Assembly: GCA_964598655.1 (NCBI GenBank)
Contig: CAZRCT010000012.1
Location: 101 to 64,100, forward strand
DNA from: an uncultured Gemmatimonadaceae bacterium
Lineage (GTDB): Bacteria > Gemmatimonadota > Gemmatimonadetes > Gemmatimonadales > GWC2-71-9
Direction: 5' to 3'
DNA: 64,000 nt
Positions 57,891-64,000 of the stretch are shown here, one piece after another (position 1 is the stretch's first letter; each line of letters starts with the position of its first letter). The notes beneath the pieces are model-generated. The model was not told the origin of the DNA, did no database searches, and saw nothing but the letters and a program-made list of their open reading frames with translations. The position numbers and the translations under genes are program-made.

Positions 57891-57908
57891 ATGCAGGCGG
57901 CGTGCCCG
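57891..57908 (-). promoter_or_regulatory. sigma-54-type (-24/-12) promoter candidate upstream of pqqA
   Basis: Minus strand reads C-GGGCAC-GCCGC-CTGCA-TT versus consensus TGGCAC-N5-TTGCA, correct GG/GC spacing, about 77 nt upstream of pqqA ATG and directly downstream of an NtrC-family activator gene. Confidence 0.5.
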
Positions 57909-58022
57909 CCGGGCGCAATCGGGAAGAATTGTGCAAACGATTGTGAAGGCGGCAGTTGCGCGGGTGGCGGATTTCGGGCGCGGTGGGGCTGGGTGGGTGA
58001 GGGGAGCCAGTCGTGGGGGATA

Positions 58023-59452
<1,430 letters not shown>

Positions 59453-59456
<4 letters not shown>

Positions 59457-60991
59457 GGGACCGAAGGCGTGAGGGAGGCGGCGGGCTCGGCGGGGAGCCA
59501 GAGGTGGACGGTGGTGCCCTGGCCCTTGCCGCTCTCGAGGGTCAGGCGCCCCCCGTGCTGCTCCACGAACCGCCGCGCCGTCGCGAGCCCGAGGCCGGTG
59601 CCCTCGGCGCGGGTGGTGAAGAACGGCTTCCCCACCTCCTCCAGCACCTCGGGGGCGATGCCGCGGCCGGTGTCCCGGAGTGCCAGCGCCACGCCCGGCC
59701 GGGCGCCATCGGCGGCGGGGGTGGCGACGAGCGCCAGGCGCCCGCCGGCCGGCATGGCGTCGAGCGCGTTGGCCACGAGCTCGGTGAGCGCCTGCTCCAG
59801 CCGCACCGGGTCCAGGCGGACGTCCGGGAGCGCGGCGGGGACGTCCACGGTCAGCTCCACGCCCTGCGTCCGCACCCGCTCGGTGAAGGCGGGGAGCACG
59901 TCGCGCACCACGGTGGCCAGGGCGGTGGGCACCGGGTGGAAGGGCGCGGGGCGGGAGAAGGTGAGGAGGTGGGTGATCCGCCGGTCCAGGCGGTCCACCT
60001 CCGCCACGATGGCGCGGAGCTGCTCGCCGGCGGCCGCGGAGCTCGGGTGCTTCTCCACGAACTGGGCGGAGGCACGGAGGCTCGCCAGCGGGTTCCGGAG
60101 CCCGTGGGCCACCGCGGCCGCCATCTCGCCGATGGACGCCAGCTTCTCCGACTGCACCAGCTGCGCCTGCGCCGCGGTGAGCTGCCCGATCTTGGCCGCG
60201 AGCTCGGCGTTGAGCCGCACCAGCTCGCCGCGCGACTCGCGCAGGCGGCCGGTCATGGCGGCGAAGGCGCGCGCCAGGTCGCCGATCTCGTCGGGGGAGT
60301 CGGAGTGGATGGGATGGTCCAGGTCGCCGGAGCCCACCACGGCCATGGCGTCGCCCAGCTGGCGGATGGGGCGGGCCAGGCTCCGCGCCAGCACGAAGGC
60401 GGCGGCGATGCCCAGGATCACCGAGGTCACGAAGACCACGATGAGCGTCCGCTGCTCCTCCGCCACGATCCGCTGCACCTGCTGGAACGCCCCCTGCACG
60501 CTCGACTCGCGGGTGCGCCGGTAGATCTCGCGGTTCAGGGCGGTGAGGGCGGGGTGGAGCTTGCTCCGGATCTCCACGACGGCGTACTGGAAGGCCTCCT
60601 CCTGCCGTCCGACGTCGGCCAGGCGGAAGACGCTGTCGCCCACCGCCACGAAGCGACGCTGGAGCTGCTCGACGGGGGCGGCGAGTTCCTCCTCGTCCCC
60701 CGTGAGCTCCCCCTTCCAGCGCTCGAGGCGGAAGCGGACCACCTCCCCCACCAGGCCGAACTCACGCCGCGCCGACGGGTCCCGGCCGGAGAGGAAGCGC
60801 CACAGCACCTCGCTCTGGTCGAACATGGCCGTCTCGAGCTCGGCGTAGGTGCGACTGCGGCCCAGGCGGGTGCCCAGGGTCTCGAGCGCGCGCTGCTCCT
60901 CCGCGTTGCCGCGGAGCGCCCCGATGCCGATGATGAGCGCCGGCAGGACGAGGAGCGAGACGCCGAGGAGGAGCTTGCGCTGGAAGGTCAC
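59453..60991 (-). CDS. sensor histidine kinase (TM-sensor-TM-HAMP-HisKA-HATPase)
   Basis: GTG start; H-box …MAAAVAHGLRNPL…; …LVANALDAM…, DTGRGI, GTGLGLATARR; ATGA overlap with the regulator start. Confidence 0.85.
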
Positions 60992-61037
60992 GGCAGGGAA
61001 TTAGCCCCGGGCCACCGCCGGGGCAAGGGAGGGCCGG

Positions 61038-62534
61038 CTAGGCCGTCCCCTGCCGCTCCACGGCCACCCCGGTGGCGGCGAGCCCCGTGAGGAGCCGCTC
61101 CAGGTGCGCCTCGGTGGTGCGCGGGTTCATGAGCGTGCAGCGGAGCATGCGGCGGCCGCCGAGGACGGTGGTGGTGATCCAGCCCTCGCCGGAGCGGTTG
61201 TAGCGCTGGCGCAGCTCGAAGTTGACCCGGTCGAGCCGCGCCTCCTCCTCGGGCGCATCCGACGTGCGGCCGGTGCGGCCCACGTAGCGGAAGCAGAGGA
61301 TGTTGGAGGCCGGGGCGTGCGCGGCCTCGAAACTCGGGTGCGCCAGCACCTGCGCGTGGAGCGCCTGGGTGGTGGCGCAGAGCTGGTCGTACAGCGCGCC
61401 GATGGCGCGGGTGCCGTAGCGCTCGAGCGCCACCCAGAGCTTGAGCGCATCGGCGCGGCGCGAGCACTGGAAGCTCCGCACGCCCTGGTCCCACACCCGC
61501 TCGCTGCCCCGGCCGTGGAACAGGTACGGGGCGCGCTGCGCGAAGGCCTGGTCGAGCTGCCGCTCCGTCTTCACCAGCACCATGCCGGCCGAGAGCGGGA
61601 GCAGCATCATCTTGTGCGGGTCCCAGGCCAGCGAGGTGGCGTGCTCGATCCCCGCCAGGCGGTGCCGGTGCACCGGCGAGAAGAGCGCCGAGGCGCCGTG
61701 GGCGCCGTCCACGTGCAGCCAGAGCCCGCGCTCCGCGCACAGCCGGCCGATCGCCTCGAGGTCGTCGAAGCTCCCGGTGGGCGTGGAGCCGGCGGTGGCC
61801 ACCACGGCCATCACCCGCCGGCCCTCGCCGTGGAGCCGGTCGAGGATGGCGCGGAGCTGGTCGGTGTCCATCCGGAACTCGCGCGTGGGCACCGGGATCC
61901 CGTGCCGGAGGCCGAGGCCGAGCGCCCCGATGGCCCGCGTCACTGCGTAGTGCGACTGCTCCCCGTACACCACCACCGGCGGGTTGGCGCCGACGCCCGC
62001 GTCCCAGGCATCCGGCATCGCCTCGGCGCGCGCGGCCAGCAGCGCGGTGAAGGTGGCCTCCGTGCCGCCCGAGGTGAGCGTGCCCCCCGCCTCGGCGCTC
62101 CAGCCGGCAAGGGCCGCGAAGGCGCGCACCAGCTGGTGCTCCAGGATCGTCACCGCCGGCGCCATCTCCTGCACCGCGGTGGAATTGTTGAAGGCGGAGA
62201 TGAGCGCCTCGGTCCAGATGGCCGCCGGGAGCGGGGCCGAGACCTGGTGGCCCATGTACATCGGGTGCGTCAGGCGTGTGACGTTGGGGAGGATCTCGCG
62301 GCGGAGCCGCTCCAGCACGGCCTCGAGCGGCTTCCCCTCCACCGGCAGCGGCCCGGCGAAGTGGGCCGCGAGCTCGGCCGGCGTGTGGCTGGTCCCCACC
62401 CGGCCCTCGCCCGCGTGGGTCTGGGCCAGGTAGCCGGCGACCAGCTCGGCGAACTGGGTGCCCGCCTCGAGTGAGGCGTCGTCGTCGAGGGGGGCGAGGA
62501 GGGTCGGGTCGGCGGGCATCGGCGTCGGGGCCAT
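61038..62534 (-). CDS. group II PLP-dependent amino-acid decarboxylase
   Basis: …TSGGTEA…, …HVDGAHGA…, PLP-lysine motif …AWDPHKMM…. Confidence 0.85.
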   Translation of the reverse strand: MAPTPMPADPTLLAPLDDDASLEAGTQFAELVAGYLAQTHAGEGRVGTSHTPAELAAHFAGPLPVEGKPLEAVLERLRREILPNVTRLTHPMYMGHQVSAPLPAAIWTEALISAFNNSTAVQEMAPAVTILEHQLVRAFAALAGWSAEAGGTLTSGGTEATFTALLAARAEAMPDAWDAGVGANPPVVVYGEQSHYAVTRAIGALGLGLRHGIPVPTREFRMDTDQLRAILDRLHGEGRRVMAVVATAGSTPTGSFDDLEAIGRLCAERGLWLHVDGAHGASALFSPVHRHRLAGIEHATSLAWDPHKMMLLPLSAGMVLVKTERQLDQAFAQRAPYLFHGRGSERVWDQGVRSFQCSRRADALKLWVALERYGTRAIGALYDQLCATTQALHAQVLAHPSFEAAHAPASNILCFRYVGRTGRTSDAPEEEARLDRVNFELRQRYNRSGEGWITTTVLGGRRMLRCTLMNPRTTEAHLERLLTGLAATGVAVERQGTA

Positions 62535-62577
62535 GGGGAGCGGGGAATCTAGCCGCGGCCCCCGCGCGGTGCGCCGG

Positions 62578-64000
62578 TCAGTGCGCGCCGCCGCCTCCGC
62601 CCTGCGTGCGGCCGGTCCGGAAGAAAATGAGGAGCGGGAGCGCAGCGATGAAGGTGCAGCCCATCACCAGGAACACCTTCTCGAAGGCGATGACGCTGGC
62701 TTGGCGGTACAGATTCAGGTCCAGCAGCGCCAGCGCCCGGTGCTGCGCGTCGGCCGCGCCGCCGCCCAGCTGCAGCATGCGCGCGGTGACGCCCTGCAGC
62801 CACTGCGCAGTGGCCGGCTCGGTGATGGCCAGGTGCGAGCGGAGCGCCTCGCGCCCCTGTTCGGTGAAGCGGTGCAGCAGCGTCGCCGCGACGGCGATGC
62901 CGAAGCTGCCACCGAGCTGGCGGGAGAGGTTGTAGAGGCCGGTGCCCTGCGCCAGCTGCTGGGGCCGGAGGTCCGCCACCGCCACCTGGGTCAGGGGCAC
63001 GAAGACGAGCCCGAGCCCGATGCCGCGAAGGATCATCGGCAGCAGCAGGTCGTGCATGCCGATGGCCAGGGTGAAGTGGTAGTGCATCCACATGGACCAG
63101 AAGTAGAGCCCGGCCCCGGTCACGATGAAGAGCCGCGCGTCGAACTTGCTGGTGATGCGGCCCGTCACCGCCATGGTCACGGCGCTGGCGATGGCGCCGG
63201 GCAGGATCACCTTGCCCGTGTCCCACGCGGTGTACCCGAGGTGCGACTGCAGGAACACCGGCAGCGCAAACACGCTGGCGTACAGCGCAAAGCCCAGGCA
63301 GAGGCCGAAGGTGACGCTGGCGGCGAGCTGCCGGTTCTTGAGGATGCGGAGGTCCACCACCGGGTGGGCGGTGGTGAGCTCCCGCCAGACGAAGGCCACC
63401 ATGGCCAGCGCCGCCACCGCAGTCTCCAGCTGGATCTCGCGCGACTCGAACCAGTCCTTGGATTCCCCGCGCTCGAGCAGGATCTGCAGCGCCCCGATGC
63501 TCAGGATCAGGAAGAGGAGCCCGGCCCAGTCCACGTCACCCTGCTCGCGGGCGGCGTGCGAGGGCTCCGGCACCCAGCGCCAGGTGAGGTACGCCGCCAT
63601 GGCCCCGAGCGGGAGGTTGATGTAGAAGATCCAGGGCCAGGAATAGTTGTCCGTGATCCACCCGCCGAGCGTGGGGCCGAGGGTGGGGCCCACCATGACG
63701 CCCATGCCGAAGATGGCCATGGCCTGCCCGCGTTCCCGCAGCGGGAAGACGTCGAAGAGGATGGCCTGCGCCGTGGAGATGAGCGCGCCGCCGCCGATGC
63801 CCTGGATGACCCGCGCCGTGACGAGCCCGCCGAGCGAGGAGGCATTGCCGGCCAGCAGCGAGGCGACCGTGAAGAGGACGATCGAGCCGGTGTAGTAGTT
63901 CCGCCGCCCGAAGCGCTCCGAGAGCCAGCTGGTGAGCGGCAGGATGATCACGTTGGCCACGATGTAGCCCGTGCTCACCCAGGCGATCTCCTCCAGCGTG
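62578..64000 (-). CDS. MFS transporter, EmrB/QacA (DHA2, 14-TM) type; 5' end beyond window
   Basis: ORF 62578..63978 continues in frame to the window edge (…TLEEIAWVSTGYIVANVIILPLTSWLSERFGRRN…); motifs …GPTLGGWITDNYSWPWIFYINLP…. Confidence 0.85.
   Translation of the reverse strand, partial: TLEEIAWVSTGYIVANVIILPLTSWLSERFGRRNYYTGSIVLFTVASLLAGNASSLGGLVTARVIQGIGGGALISTAQAILFDVFPLRERGQAMAIFGMGVMVGPTLGPTLGGWITDNYSWPWIFYINLPLGAMAAYLTWRWVPEPSHAAREQGDVDWAGLLFLILSIGALQILLERGESKDWFESREIQLETAVAALAMVAFVWRELTTAHPVVDLRILKNRQLAASVTFGLCLGFALYASVFALPVFLQSHLGYTAWDTGKVILPGAIASAVTMAVTGRITSKFDARLFIVTGAGLYFWSMWMHYHFTLAIGMHDLLLPMILRGIGLGLVFVPLTQVAVADLRPQQLAQGTGLYNLSRQLGGSFGIAVAATLLHRFTEQGREALRSHLAITEPATAQWLQGVTARMLQLGGGAADAQHRALALLDLNLYRQASVIAFEKVFLVMGCTFIAALPLLIFFRTGRTQGGGGGAH

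Overview
The window is very GC-rich and gene-dense, with third codon positions almost always G or C. Gene content suggests a diderm soil-type bacterium: outer-membrane beta-barrels, lipoproteins, a TolB-like propeller and a sigma-54-type activator. I cannot assign a taxon from sequence alone. I support about 57 protein-coding genes. All calls come from reading the supplied translations for family motifs, since no database search was possible.

Many long ORFs in the track are high-GC artefacts, either antisense or out of frame to real genes. Several track ORFs needed their starts moved to internal ATG or GTG codons.

Main blocks, in window order:
- Two tandem OM beta-barrel paralogues.
- A minus-strand run of VIT-vWA, lipoprotein, ECF sigma and two paralogous zf-HC2 anti-sigma genes.
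- An unknown gene followed by polX and nth.
- Peptidases and an OmpR-type two-component system.
- metH plus a YitJ-like homocysteine methyltransferase/MTHFR fusion, behind a structured leader with an intrinsic terminator.
- yggT and yggU homologues.
- A 1359-aa SARP/BTAD-AAA-TM-propeller-Big2 regulator with a small Cys-rich secreted protein downstream.
- An HTH-TOBE gene followed by modABC.
- A P5C dehydrogenase.
- A complete PQQ operon: pqqA, pqqB, a ferritin-like gene, pqqC and a pqqD-E fusion. It lies directly downstream of a histidine kinase/NtrC-type regulator pair, with a sigma-54-like promoter in front of pqqA.

The signal least explained by genes is a ~190-bp MITE-like palindromic repeat. 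It occurs three times, always intergenic, and shows compensatory changes in an internal hairpin. No rRNA, tRNA, CRISPR array, transposase or phage gene was seen.
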